64,000 nt of DNA from an uncultured Gemmatimonadales bacterium (GCA_963708135.1 OY970192.1:4192001-4256000); one strand, 5' to 3'. Counted from the stretch's first letter, positions 1 to 10,021 are shown. Translations and numbers: made by a program. The notes: generated by a model from the letters alone, not told the origin.

Positions 1-117
1 GAGATGCTCGAGCTCAGCGCCGGCACGGCGCGGGCCCACCTGTTCCGGGCGCGCCGCTCGATCCGGCAGCGGATCCTGGAGTGGCACCCCGAGATCTACG
101 AGGACTACCGGCAATGA
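1..117 (+). CDS. ECF RNA polymerase sigma factor, C-terminal end (partial)
   Basis: Frame 1 reads EMLELSAGTARAHLFRARRSIRQRIL*, resembling sigma region 4; stop overlaps next ATG (ATGA). Confidence 0.7.
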   Translation, partial: EMLELSAGTARAHLFRARRSIRQRILEWHPEIYEDYRQ

Positions 118-689
118 CCTGTGGCGCGTGGCGCGACCGGATGCTCGAGGCGGATCCCGCCGAGCTGCGCGGCCGGGAGGCGACGCCGCTCGCCGCGCAC
201 CTGGCGGCGTGCGCCGACTGCGCGGCCGTGGCGCGCCGGATCCTGGAGGGCGAGGCCGGGCTGGACGCCGCGCTCGGCGGGCTGGCGGCGGAGGCCGGGA
301 GGGGAGCCGGATACGGCGAAGCCACGGAATACGGCGAAACGCAGGGTGGCGGAGTGAGGGCGCGGCGGTGGCGGAAGGTGCTGCCCTGGGCGGTGCCGGT
401 GGCGCTGGCGGCGGCGGCGGGGGGGGTGTGGCTGGGGGTGCGGGGCGGGCGGTCCGTCGCGCCGGGGGGAGCGGGCGTGGTGGAGGCGCCGGCGGAGAGC
501 GGGCAGGCTGGCCGGAGTGCGCGGCCGGGAGCGCCGGACGCGATCGGCGGCGTGGTGGGAGCGGGGCGCGCGGCGGGCGGTGGGCGCGGCGGGGTCGCCG
601 TCTCGGCCGCGCGGGACTACGTGGTCTTCCAGACGGACGATCCGGACATCGCGGTGGTCTGGTTCCTGACACCCCGGAGGGGGCTATGA
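114..689 (+). CDS. Anti-sigma factor with zf-HC2-like motif and one TM helix
   Basis: MTCGAWRD...HLAACADC (HxxxCxxC), TM VLPWAVPVALAAAAGGVWLGV; coupled to sigma gene. Confidence 0.7.
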   Translation: MTCGAWRDRMLEADPAELRGREATPLAAHLAACADCAAVARRILEGEAGLDAALGGLAAEAGRGAGYGEATEYGETQGGGVRARRWRKVLPWAVPVALAAAAGGVWLGVRGGRSVAPGGAGVVEAPAESGQAGRSARPGAPDAIGGVVGAGRAAGGGRGGVAVSAARDYVVFQTDDPDIAVVWFLTPRRGL

Positions 690-1372
690 GCGCAGGGAGG
701 CGGACGGCCGCGCTGGCGGCCGTGCTGATGACGGCAGTGCTGGCGGCGGGAGGGTGCGCGCGCGACTCGCACCTCGAGACGCGCACGTTCCGGCTGCAAC
801 GGATGAACCCGGACGACGCGCTCAAGATCGTGCAGCCGTACGTGTACCCGGACCGTTCGGGGGCGCACGGGGCGGTGAGCGCGACGCGGCAGGCGCTCAC
901 CGTGCGCGAGCTGCCCGAGAACCTGGACCGGATCGCGGCGGTGCTCAAGGAGTACGACGCGGCGCCGGAGAACGTGCTGCTGCGGTTCCAGCTGATCGAG
1001 GCGGACGGCTTCGCGGGGCGGGACACGGCGATCGCGGCCGTGGAGTCGCAACTGCGGAAGCTGTTCCGGTTTGGCGGCTACCGGCTGGCGGCGAGCACGG
1101 TCGTTCAGGGGATGGCAGGGAGCTTCGTGCGGCAGGCGGTCTCGGACGCGGCGACGCCGTACACGATCGCGGCAGGGGTGGGCCGGCTGGAGGACGAGCC
1201 GAAGGGGCGGCGTGTGCCGCTGAACGTCTCCCTCATGGGACCCGGCAACCAGCGGCTGATCGAGGCGTCCGTCGATGTGCGGGACGGGCAGACGGTCGTG
1301 CTCGGCACCGCGCGGCCCGACCCGCGGAAGGGCGCGGTCATCCTGGTCGTGACCCCGACGATCGGAAGCTGA
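686..1372 (+). CDS. Lipoprotein with secretin N-domain-like (NolW-like) segment
   Basis: Lipobox-like AGGC; ALTVRELPENLDRIAAVLKEYD resembles secretin N repeat; VRDGQTVVLG near C-terminus. Confidence 0.55.
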   Translation: MSAGRRTAALAAVLMTAVLAAGGCARDSHLETRTFRLQRMNPDDALKIVQPYVYPDRSGAHGAVSATRQALTVRELPENLDRIAAVLKEYDAAPENVLLRFQLIEADGFAGRDTAIAAVESQLRKLFRFGGYRLAASTVVQGMAGSFVRQAVSDAATPYTIAAGVGRLEDEPKGRRVPLNVSLMGPGNQRLIEASVDVRDGQTVVLGTARPDPRKGAVILVVTPTIGS

Positions 1373-1556
1373 GCCGCGGGCGGCCACCACGCCGGGGAGG
1401 AGCCCGGCGCGGACGCCGCGGGCGAGCCGGCGCGCGGCTGGCCGGACGAGCATGGTGCGGCCGTGCCGGGGTGGCCATCTTGGCGGGAGAACCGGCCCGG
1501 CCTGCGGCCATGGCGGCCGCGGGGCCGGCCGGCCGACCGGAACGAAGGAGGCCACG

Positions 1557-1946
1557 ATGCTGCGGAGGATGCTCGGTCCCGTGCTGGCGGGGCTCGCAAT
1601 CGCGGCGTGCGCCAGCGCGCCCTCGCAGGGGACGCGGCCGAAGGGCGCGCGGGACACGATCACCCGGCAGGAGATCCTGGACGCGAACGTCCAGGATGCG
1701 TACGAGGCGGTCCGGCGGCTGCGGCCGCAGATGCTGACCACGCACGGCTCGGTCTCGATCCGCTCGCCCGGGGCGGACCAGCCGATCGTGTATGTGGACG
1801 GCGTGCGGATGGGCGGGCTGGACGCGCTCTCCTCCATCCGGGCCGAGCAGGTCATGGAGATCCGCTGGATCAGCCCGAGCGACGCCACCACCCGCTACGG
1901 GACGGACCACACGGGTGGCGTGATCGAGGTCATCACGGTCCACTGA
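1557..1946 (+). CDS. Stand-alone TonB-dependent receptor plug-domain lipoprotein
   Basis: RBS AAGGAGG; lipobox IAAC; PIVYVDGV...ATTRYGTDHTGGVIEVIT plug signature; no barrel. Confidence 0.75.
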   Translation: MLRRMLGPVLAGLAIAACASAPSQGTRPKGARDTITRQEILDANVQDAYEAVRRLRPQMLTTHGSVSIRSPGADQPIVYVDGVRMGGLDALSSIRAEQVMEIRWISPSDATTRYGTDHTGGVIEVITVH

Positions 1947-2056
1947 GACGGCCGGGAATCCGGCGCGCGCCGACCGGTCGGAGCGGTCGTTGCGGAGCTG
2001 ACGCGGCCAGCCCGCCGGCGGCGCCTCGTCGCGGCGGGCCCCCCGCGGCCCGCGCT

Positions 2057-3397
2057 TCAGCCGAGCAGCCCTCGGAAGCGCGCCGGGTCGATGGCGTAGC
2101 CGGGGAAGACGCGCTCCAAGTGCTCCGCCCCGAGCTGCCGGGTCGCGATCTCGGCGAAGACATCTCGGAAATCGGTGGTGACGGCCAGGTCGCGACCCTG
2201 ATAAAGGCGGTCGGGCTCGAGCCCGGGCCACTCGCCGTGGACCTTCCCGCCGTTCACCTCCCCGCCCATCAACAGCATGCAGTTGGCGTGACCGTGGTCG
2301 GTGCCGCCGGTGCCGTTCTCGGCCACGGTCCGGCCGAACTCGGACATGGTGAGCACGACCACGTCGCGCATGCGCTCGCCGAGGTCGTCGCGCAGGGCGC
2401 GCAGCCCCTGCCCCAGGTCCGCCAGCCGGCGCGCGAGCTGCCCCTCCGGGCCGCCCTGCGCGAAATGGGTGTCCCACCCGCCCAGGTCGGTGAAGGCGAT
2501 CTCCATGCCCACGTCCGCCTTGATCAGCTGCGCGATCTGGCGGAGCGAGCGGCCGAAGTCGCCCGGCGGATAGCGGACGCCGTCGGCCGGGCGGTAGCGC
2601 GTCGGGTCGGCGCGCTTCAGGATCTGCATCGCCTCGAAGGCATCGTCCGCCGCGCCGCTCACCGCATCGCCGCTCTCCGTGTGGTAGAGGCGCTCGAACG
2701 TGCCGGTCAGGGAGGCGTCGCGGCCACCGGCCACGCCGAAGTGGTCGAGGTCCGCGATGGCGAGCGCGGGGTGGGCGCCGCGGAGCGAGAGCGGAAGCTC
2801 CGCTCCGAGGGCGACGCCGCGCAGCGCCTCGACGCCGGCCCGCTCCGCCATCTTCGCCTGGCCGAGCCGGTGGTCGGCGGCGTGGAGCGCGGGACTCGCC
2901 AGGGTGCGGCCGGAGCACTCGGCGCAGCCGGACTCGGCCAGCACGCGGTCGAGCCAGCCGTCGCGGGCGGAGCGCACGCCCGGCATGGCCGTTTCCATGA
3001 AGTCCTGGGCATCGAAGTGCGAGCGTGTCGGGTCGGGGGAGCCCACCGCCTGCACGATGGCGAGCTCCTTCCGGCGGAACAGCTCGTGGAGCGGCGCGAG
3101 CGCGGGATTCAGCGCGAAGAAGCCGTCCAGGTCGAGCGCCGCCGTGGCGCCGCCGCTCCGTGGCGGCGGGATCGCGATCGAGCCGCGCCCGCGGTAGTAG
3201 GCTGCCTCGCCGTACGGGACGACCATGCTGAGCCCGTCCACGGCACCGCGCTGGAAGATGCAGATGAGCGTCTTGCGGCGGGTGGCGGCGCGGGTCTCGG
3301 CCAGCAGCGAGCGCGTCATGAACTCGGGCGGGAGCCCGAGCGCGAGCAGGGCGAGGGTGCCGCTCTTGAGGAAGAGGCGACGGTTCACGGGAGGCAT
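2057..3397 (-). CDS. DUF1501 family protein (Tat-like signal)
   Basis: NRRLFLK; FQRGAVDGL, RSHFDAQ, GGWDTH, SEFGRT, GTDHG motifs; adjacent to DUF1800. Confidence 0.9.
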   Translation of the reverse strand: MPPVNRRLFLKSGTLALLALGLPPEFMTRSLLAETRAATRRKTLICIFQRGAVDGLSMVVPYGEAAYYRGRGSIAIPPPRSGGATAALDLDGFFALNPALAPLHELFRRKELAIVQAVGSPDPTRSHFDAQDFMETAMPGVRSARDGWLDRVLAESGCAECSGRTLASPALHAADHRLGQAKMAERAGVEALRGVALGAELPLSLRGAHPALAIADLDHFGVAGGRDASLTGTFERLYHTESGDAVSGAADDAFEAMQILKRADPTRYRPADGVRYPPGDFGRSLRQIAQLIKADVGMEIAFTDLGGWDTHFAQGGPEGQLARRLADLGQGLRALRDDLGERMRDVVVLTMSEFGRTVAENGTGGTDHGHANCMLLMGGEVNGGKVHGEWPGLEPDRLYQGRDLAVTTDFRDVFAEIATRQLGAEHLERVFPGYAIDPARFRGLLG

Positions 3398-3406
3398 GGG
3401 CCGCTC

Positions 3407-5182
3407 CTATCTCCGCTGGAAGTCGGGGGAGCCGAGGACGAGGCCCGCGGCGCGCGCGAGGCGGGCGCGCGTGGGCAGCGCGGCGTGCTCGGCGAGGTCG
3501 GCGTCCACGGCGCGCTCGAGCTGCGCGGTCGGCGTGCCCGGCAGCAGCCGGGAGGCCAGGACGTGCACGGCGGCATCGGTGGCGACACCGCCGCCGCCAG
3601 CGTCCCCGGCGAGCGCGGGCACATCGATGCGCACGCCGTCCACGCGGCCGGCCGCGAGGGCCAGGCCGAGGTTCATCCGGGTGAGCAGCGCCCCGCTGTT
3701 CACCCAGTCGTCGGAGCGGGCGGGATACCCGGTCGGGAAGGAGGCGAGGTAGGGCGCCTCTCCGAGCGTGCGGAGCGTCTGCACGAGCATGCGCGAGGGC
3801 CCGACCTCCGCGTCCGTCGCCCGCAGCGCGCTGGCCACGAGCTCGAACGGCGTCTTCACCTTGCGATCGGCAGCGCCGCTCGCGTAGAGCTCGGGCGCGG
3901 TGAAGAGGGCGCGCGTCAGCGCGCGGAGGTCGCCGTGGGTGTCCAGGAAGACTCTGGCGAGACGGTCCACCAGCGCGGGAGGCGGCGCGTCGGAGACGAA
4001 GCGCTCGGCCAGCTCCCGCGCGATGTGGTGGGCGGTGGCCGGGCTGGTGGCCAGCACGTGCAGCACGTCCAGGCCGTCCTGCATCCCCCGGCCGGCGGCG
4101 AGGGCGTGGCCGAGGACGACCTTCTCGCCGTGGTCGTGCATGCGAGGCCGGAAGACGAAGCGCGGCTCCGCGGCCGCGGGCCGCATGCTGCCGCCGCCAG
4201 CGGCCCGGCGCGCGCCCGGACCGCCGCGGTCGAGGGTCCAGCCGGAGAAGGCACGCGCCACCTCGATCACGTCCTGCTGCGTGTAGCCGCCGTCCACGCC
4301 CAGCGTGTGGAGCTCCATCAGCTCGCGGGCGTAGTTCTCGTTGATGCCCGGCTGGCTGGCCGCGAGGTTCGCGGCCGCGCGGCGGAGGCGCTGGAGCTGG
4401 GCCTCGGTGATGCGGCCGGAGCGGGCCAGCGCATCCTGCTGCCCGGGCGAGAGCGCTGCGAAGCGCCGCAGCCGCTCGAGCGGGCGCGCCACGCTCGGAT
4501 CCGTGGTGTCCGGCACCACGCTGCGCCAGTTGTCGAGGTAGACCAGCATGGCCGGGTGCTCGGCCGTGGCGCGCAGCATGTCCTCGAAGCGGCCGAAGAC
4601 GTAGGGGCGGATCGCCTCGCGCTCATAGGAGCCGATGAGGTAGCGGTCCGCCGCCTTGCCGAAGAAGACGTTGAAGTGATTGAACCAGAACTCGGTCATC
4701 ACCTCCTCGAGCTGCCGGCGCGAGTACACCGCCCGCTGCAGCCGCGCCCCGATCAGGTCGAAGGCGATCCGCGCCGGGCCGCGCATCCCGCCCCGCCTCG
4801 GCGCCGCTCCAGGCGACGCGCCCGCCGCCGCGCGCCGGCGAGCCGCCGCCGCGGGCGGGAAGGCCGCGTAGAGCTCGGCCACGCTCATCGCCGCCGCCGG
4901 GAACGCGGCCAGGCGCGCGTCCAGCGCGGAGTCGTCGATCCGCTCCGGGTGCAGCTGCCCCTCGAGCCAGCGGTCCGGCCCCAGCGCGAGCAGCTCGGCG
5001 AGCTCCGTGGGCCGGGCGCCGAAGGTCGCGCGCGAGAGCAGCCGGAGCGCGCGGGTGCTGTCGGCCTGGCCCATCCCGGCGTGGCGGCCGGAGGTCCGGG
5101 CGCCCGCCGTCGGCAGCGGCGGAGCGAGGAAGAGGCCCAGCGCGAGCACCGCCGCGGTGGTCCGGCTCGTGAGAACGGCCAT
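3407..5182 (-). CDS. DUF1800 family protein
   Basis: EFWFNHFNV, PAMLVYLDN, NENYARELMELHTLG, SPDFQRR. Confidence 0.9.
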   Translation of the reverse strand: MAVLTSRTTAAVLALGLFLAPPLPTAGARTSGRHAGMGQADSTRALRLLSRATFGARPTELAELLALGPDRWLEGQLHPERIDDSALDARLAAFPAAAMSVAELYAAFPPAAAARRRAAAGASPGAAPRRGGMRGPARIAFDLIGARLQRAVYSRRQLEEVMTEFWFNHFNVFFGKAADRYLIGSYEREAIRPYVFGRFEDMLRATAEHPAMLVYLDNWRSVVPDTTDPSVARPLERLRRFAALSPGQQDALARSGRITEAQLQRLRRAAANLAASQPGINENYARELMELHTLGVDGGYTQQDVIEVARAFSGWTLDRGGPGARRAAGGGSMRPAAAEPRFVFRPRMHDHGEKVVLGHALAAGRGMQDGLDVLHVLATSPATAHHIARELAERFVSDAPPPALVDRLARVFLDTHGDLRALTRALFTAPELYASGAADRKVKTPFELVASALRATDAEVGPSRMLVQTLRTLGEAPYLASFPTGYPARSDDWVNSGALLTRMNLGLALAAGRVDGVRIDVPALAGDAGGGGVATDAAVHVLASRLLPGTPTAQLERAVDADLAEHAALPTRARLARAAGLVLGSPDFQRR

Positions 5183-5309
5183 GGTCGCCTCCAGTCCTGC
5201 GTGTGATGGAAGGGACGCGCCCGGCGCGCTGATCGTTAACCGCCCGGGCCAACCATTCTCGTCGCCCGAGGTGTCCAAGAGAGCGAAGGGACTCGAGCCG
5301 GAGCCGTCC

Positions 5310-5720
5310 GTGCGCCTCATCCTCGCCATTGCCGCCACCGCGGTCGCGCTCTACATGGCCGCCATCACTGAGCCGCACGCAGCGGCCCCGCGGGCCGGCC
5401 GGTGGCGGGCGAGCTTCGCGGGCGACACCGTCGCGCTCGCGCTGGACCCCGCCGCCGGCCGGTCGATGCGGCTCGTCCTGCGGCGGGGGCGGCTGACGGC
5501 GCTCAGCATCGAGCCCGCGCTGGACGGCGCCGCCCGCATCCGGTTCAGCCTCCTTCCGCGGCGGCAGGGCGGCCGGGGCGCCCGGCTGCCCGCCTCCGCC
5601 CGCGGCGGGCTCGGCTTCGAGGGCGTGATGCGCGGCGACAGCGCCTCGGGACGCTACGCGCCGCTGCGCGCGCAGCCACTGCCGACCGGCACTCCCGCGG
5701 GGAGCGGCCCCGGGACGTAG
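5310..5720 (+). CDS. Hypothetical secreted protein
   Basis: GTG start, hydrophobic N-terminus RLILAIAATAVAL; divergent from DUF1800; start uncertain. Confidence 0.4.
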   Translation: MRLILAIAATAVALYMAAITEPHAAAPRAGRWRASFAGDTVALALDPAAGRSMRLVLRRGRLTALSIEPALDGAARIRFSLLPRRQGGRGARLPASARGGLGFEGVMRGDSASGRYAPLRAQPLPTGTPAGSGPGT

Positions 5721-5836
5721 AGCCACGGCCCCGCCCAGAGGCCTCCCCGAACGCTCCCGCGCGTGCTATCCTACCGCCCGTCCGCCGCGCCGCCCGCGTC
5801 CGCGGCGCCGCCGTCCTCCGACTCCGAGATCCCGCC

Positions 5837-6013
5837 ATGCGACGCTCCCCGTTGCCTTCCGCTGCCGCGGGCGCGGCGATGCTTGCCCTCGCCGGTGCGC
5901 GGGCCGCGCGCGCGCAGACGCCCGCGACGATCCCCACCGACACGCGTGCGGCGGCCGAGCGGCTGCTCCAGGCCGCCGTGGCCGACAGGGGGCACGGTGA
6001 CGTTCAGGGGTAG
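5837..6013 (+). pseudogene. Truncated secreted-protein gene (signal peptide plus ~25 aa; possibly an M28 peptidase N-terminus)
   Basis: MRRSPL...ARAQ signal peptide, then AAAERLLQAAVAD, then runs into a G-rich repeat tract and stops. Confidence 0.4.
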
Positions 6014-6090
6014 GGGCAGGTGGAGGGGCAGGAACGGAAGCCAGAGGGCAGGGGCAGCGGGTGAAACGGTGGCGGGGGGCGGGGCGTAGG

Positions 6091-6138
6091 GGGTGAGGGT
6101 GAGGGTGAGGGTGAGGGTAGGGGTAGGGGTGAGGGTAA
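6091..6138 (+). repeat. (GGGTRR)8 hexamer tandem repeat within a ~200 bp G-rich tract
   Basis: gggtga x4, gggtag x2, gggtga, gggtaa. Confidence 0.9.
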
Positions 6139-6207
6139 GGGGGCCGGGGGGCGGGGGGCGGGGCCGGGGGCGGGGCCGGGGGATGGGGCCGAGGATCGGA
6201 GGATGGG

Positions 6208-6867
6208 ATGCGACTGACCACACGACAGCGGAAAGCGCTGATCTTCGCGGGGACGGCGGCGGGCATCGTACTGCTCTGGAGCACGCCGGTGCTCTACCCG
6301 CTGCGGCTGTTCGTCGTCTTCCTGCACGAGGCCAGCCACGCGGTGGCGGCGCTCGCGACGGGCGGTACCGTGGTGCGGATCGGCATCGACCCCCGGGAGG
6401 GCGGTTACACGCTCACGCGGGGCGGGAACGCGCTGGTCACGCTTTCGGCGGGCTACCTCGGCAGCCTCGGCTGGGGCGCGGCCATCCTGGCGGCGGCGCG
6501 CACCCGGCGCGCGGGACTCGCGACGGTCGCCCTCGGCGCGGCCGTGCTCGCCGTCACCGTCCTCTACGTCCGCAACCCGTTCGGGCTCGCGTTCGGGATC
6601 CTCTTCGGCCTCGCCGCGGTGGCCGCGGGCCGGCGGCTGCCGCACGCGATCGTCGCCTGGCTGCTCACGGCAGTCGGGCTGACCAGCTGTCTCTACGCGC
6701 CGCTCGACATCTGGTCCGACATCCTCGCCCGGCCGGCCATGCCGTCCGATGCGCGCATGCTGGCCGACATGACGCACGTGCCCACCATCGTCTGGGGCGT
6801 GCTCTGGCTCGGCATCTCCCTCGCCGTCTCCTGGCGACTGTTCCGGCGCGGCATCGCCGGGCGGTGA
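6208..6867 (+). CDS. M50B-like intramembrane metallopeptidase
   Basis: LHEASH zinc motif, SAGYLG, SDA motif, several TM helices. Confidence 0.85.
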   Translation: MRLTTRQRKALIFAGTAAGIVLLWSTPVLYPLRLFVVFLHEASHAVAALATGGTVVRIGIDPREGGYTLTRGGNALVTLSAGYLGSLGWGAAILAAARTRRAGLATVALGAAVLAVTVLYVRNPFGLAFGILFGLAAVAAGRRLPHAIVAWLLTAVGLTSCLYAPLDIWSDILARPAMPSDARMLADMTHVPTIVWGVLWLGISLAVSWRLFRRGIAGR

Positions 6868-7008
6868 GAGGGCCTTCCTCCGCCCGCCCTCCCTCACTCC
6901 GGCGCCACCCCGGCGCCCTTCCACCTCTCCACCCGCGACGCGGGGACGGGGGCAGGCGAGGTGCCCGACACGGGGCGGCCGCCGCAGGGATGCCCGCGAA
7001 GGCGGGGC

Positions 7009-7063
7009 TTGTCGCGGCGGCGGGGGCGGTCCTATCGTAGGCGTTGCATCCAAACCTGCATCC
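7009..7063 (+). promoter_or_regulatory. Sigma70-like promoter with tandem GntR-like boxes
   Basis: TTGTCG-18bp-TATCGT; TTGCATCCAA (7044) and CTGCATCC (7056), 12 bp apart. Confidence 0.45.
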
Positions 7064-7079
7064 GAGACCGGGAGGAGCC

Positions 7080-8918
7080 GTGAACGCGCTGAGTGCTGGA
7101 GGGCGGCGTCGCCGCGCGATGGGGGAAGGCGAAGCGAGACTCGGCCGGGGAGCGCGCCGCGCAGCGTCGGGGAGCGAAGTGTTTTCGGGGCGGCGCGGGG
7201 TCCGGGCGGCGGTGGCGGCCGCGGGGCTGGTGGTGCTCGGGGCGTGCGCGGGCGGCGCGCGGCCGGAGGGGCCGACGCCGGCGGGCGGGGCGTACGACGT
7301 GGTGATCGAGAACGGGAGGATCGTGGACGGCACGGGGGCGGCGTGGCACTACGGGGATGTGGGGATTCGGGGGGACCGGATCGCGGCGATGACGCCGCGG
7401 GGCATGCTGGCTGGGGCATCGGCGAAGCAGCGGATCGACGCGCGCGGGCTGGTGGTGGCGCCGGGGTTCATCGACATCCAGGGGCAGTCGGGCGGCTCGT
7501 TCCTGTTCGGCGACGGGCGGGACGTAAGCAAGGTGACGCAGGGGATCACGACGGAGATCCTGGGGGAGGGCTCGACGCCGGCACCGCTGAACCCGGCGCA
7601 GCTGGCGGGTGAGCTGCCGCGGGACCCGGCGCGGGCGAAGGTGGTGGAGAGCTTCGCGTCGCCGCACGGGTTCCGGAACTGGCTGGAGGCGATGGCGGCG
7701 CACGGGATCGCGCCGAACGTGGGCTCGTTCGTGGGGGCGGCCACGGTGCGGGTGTACGGCAAGCGGGAGGAGATGGGAGCGCCGACGCCGGCGGAGCTGG
7801 ACACGATGCGGTCGGTGGTGCGGCGCGCGATGGAGGACGGGGCGATGGGGATGGCCTCGGCGCTGATCTACCCGCCGGGGAACTACGCGACGACAGGGGA
7901 GCTGATCGAGGAGGCGAAGGCGATGGCGCCGTACGGCGGCGTCTACATCACGCACATGCGCTCGGAGGCGGACCATCTGCTGGAGGCGACGGACGAGGCG
8001 ATCCGGATCGGCAAGGAAGGGGGCGTGCCGGTCGAGATCTACCACCTGAAGGCGGCGGGGAAGGCGAACTGGGGGAAGGCGGCGCTCGAGATCGCGAAGA
8101 TCGACAGCGCGCGTGCGGCGGGGCAGGACGTGCAGGCGGACATGTACCCGTACACGGCGGGGGGGACGGGGCTCAGCGCGTGCTTCCCGCCGGCGGCGTC
8201 GGAGGGGGGCAAGCTGCTGGAGCGGCTGGCGAGCCCGGCGGAGCGGGCGAAAATCAAGCAGGAGGTCGAGCACCAGACCTCGGACTGGGAGAACCTGTGC
8301 ACGCAGGCGACGCCGGAGGGGGTGCTGCTCGTGGGCTTCACGAAGCCGGGCAACAAGAAGTGGGTCGGCAAGCGGCTGAGCGAGGTGGCGCAGGCGATGG
8401 GGACGGACTGGGTGACGGCGGCCATGGACCTGGTGGAGAGCGACAGCTCGCGGGTGGGGACGCTGTTCTTCCTCATGAGCGAGGACAACGTGAAGCTCCA
8501 GCTGCGGCAGCCGTGGATCAAGATCGGCACGGATGCGGGCGGCATGGACCCGGACAGCGCGAAGGCGCGCGGCCAGCTGGCGCATCCGCGGGCGTACGGG
8601 ACGTATCCGAAGATCCTGGGCAGGTACGTGCGCGAGGAGCACGTGCTGCGGCTGGAGGACGCGATCCGGAAGATGACGTCGGCGGTGGCGACACGGCTGT
8701 CGATCCCGGACCGCGGCATTCTGCGCCCGGGGCTCTACGCGGACATCGTCGTGTTCGACCCGGAGACGATCGAGGACCGGGCGACCTACGAGGACCCACA
8801 CCAGATCTCGGTAGGCGTGAAGCACGTGCTGGTGAACGGCGTCGAGATCGTGCGGGACGAGCGCTCGACCGGCGCGCTGCCGGGCCGCGTGGTGTGGGGG
8901 CCGGGGACGCGGCGGTAG
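7080..8918 (+). CDS. N-acyl-D-amino-acid deacylase (D-aminoacylase) family amidohydrolase, probable lipoprotein
   Basis: RBS GGAGGAG before GTG; LGAC; APGFID, THMRSE, IYHLK, DMYPY, IGTD, HPRAYGTYP. Confidence 0.88.
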   Translation: MNALSAGGRRRRAMGEGEARLGRGARRAASGSEVFSGRRGVRAAVAAAGLVVLGACAGGARPEGPTPAGGAYDVVIENGRIVDGTGAAWHYGDVGIRGDRIAAMTPRGMLAGASAKQRIDARGLVVAPGFIDIQGQSGGSFLFGDGRDVSKVTQGITTEILGEGSTPAPLNPAQLAGELPRDPARAKVVESFASPHGFRNWLEAMAAHGIAPNVGSFVGAATVRVYGKREEMGAPTPAELDTMRSVVRRAMEDGAMGMASALIYPPGNYATTGELIEEAKAMAPYGGVYITHMRSEADHLLEATDEAIRIGKEGGVPVEIYHLKAAGKANWGKAALEIAKIDSARAAGQDVQADMYPYTAGGTGLSACFPPAASEGGKLLERLASPAERAKIKQEVEHQTSDWENLCTQATPEGVLLVGFTKPGNKKWVGKRLSEVAQAMGTDWVTAAMDLVESDSSRVGTLFFLMSEDNVKLQLRQPWIKIGTDAGGMDPDSAKARGQLAHPRAYGTYPKILGRYVREEHVLRLEDAIRKMTSAVATRLSIPDRGILRPGLYADIVVFDPETIEDRATYEDPHQISVGVKHVLVNGVEIVRDERSTGALPGRVVWGPGTRR

Positions 8919-8943
8919 TCCCGGAGGGATCCAGCAGTCTGGC

Positions 8944-9831
8944 CTACGGCGCCATCTCCTCGAGCAGCGCGATCATGCGGGCGTCCCACGGGTCGGCGGA
9001 CGGGTCGTCGTCGGCGTAGTCGTAGCGCTCCTCGGGGGTCTCGAGGATGAGCGGGATCCTGCGCGCGCGGCGGTCGTGGAGCAGCCAGCCGAACGACTCC
9101 GCGCCAATGGTGCCCTCGCCGATGAGGGTGTGCCGGTCCCGGTTCGAGGCGAGCGCGCCCTCGCTGTCGTTCAGGTGCAGGAAGGACGGCGGCTCGCCGC
9201 ACGCCTCCTCGAACTCGTCGAGCACGGCGGAGAGGGCGGCGGGCGAGGCGGCGATGTCGTAGCCGGACGCAAAGAGGTGGCAGGTGTCCAGACCATAGCC
9301 CGCCCGCCCGCGCACCGCCTCCGGGATCCGCTCCAGCACCGCGGCGACCTCCGCCGCGGTGCGGCCGTAGGTGCTCCCCGCGCCCGCGGTGTTCTCGATC
9401 CACAGGCGGGTCTCGCCCTCCACGCCCTGGAGCGCTTGCGTCATGGCGCGGGCGACGCGCTGCGCCGCCGCCTCGGTTCCATCCTTCGCCGAGCCCGGGT
9501 GGAAGCACACCCCGCCGATGCCCAGAAGCGTGGAGCGCTCGAGCTCCTTCCGCAGCCCCGCGGCCGCGCGCGTCCACTTGGCCGCATCGTTGGTGGCCAC
9601 GTTCAGCACGTAGGCCGCGTGCGCCTGGACGTAGCGCGGCTGGATGCCGGTCTCCTCCAGGGCGGCCCGGAAACGCTCGACGCGCTCCGGCCGGATGCCG
9701 CTCTTGTCGCCGTAGAACCTGGGGATGGCGGTGAAGATCTGGAGCGCGGCCGCGCCGGCGGCCTTCGCGCGGCGGGCGGCCATGTCGATGCCGCCGGCGT
9801 CGACGGGGTGTACGCCAATGTGCAGGCTCAT
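8944..9831 (-). CDS. nfo: Endonuclease IV (AP endonuclease 2)
   Basis: HAAYVLN, FHPGS, IENTAG, LDTCHLFASGYD, HLNDS, DRH, ILETP. Confidence 0.92.
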   Translation of the reverse strand: MSLHIGVHPVDAGGIDMAARRAKAAGAAALQIFTAIPRFYGDKSGIRPERVERFRAALEETGIQPRYVQAHAAYVLNVATNDAAKWTRAAAGLRKELERSTLLGIGGVCFHPGSAKDGTEAAAQRVARAMTQALQGVEGETRLWIENTAGAGSTYGRTAAEVAAVLERIPEAVRGRAGYGLDTCHLFASGYDIAASPAALSAVLDEFEEACGEPPSFLHLNDSEGALASNRDRHTLIGEGTIGAESFGWLLHDRRARRIPLILETPEERYDYADDDPSADPWDARMIALLEEMAP

Positions 9832-9931
9832 GCGGGGTTCGGGTCAGGGTCACGAGGATGCGGCTCGAGCGGGAAACTGCGGCTGTGGTGGGCGCGGGGC
9901 AACGGGCGGAGCGGACCACGGACGGGAATGG

Positions 9932-9951
9932 GCCCGTGCACGTGCACGGGC
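9932..9951. repeat. Perfect 20-bp palindrome
   Basis: GCCCGTGCACGTGCACGGGC in the intergenic region upstream of nfo. Confidence 0.85.
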
Positions 9952-10021
9952 AGCTCCGGAAGGCAGTCGGGCAGGGGCAGCGCCAGGGGCACGAGAACGG
10001 GCGGGCCCGAGGGCAGCGCCC

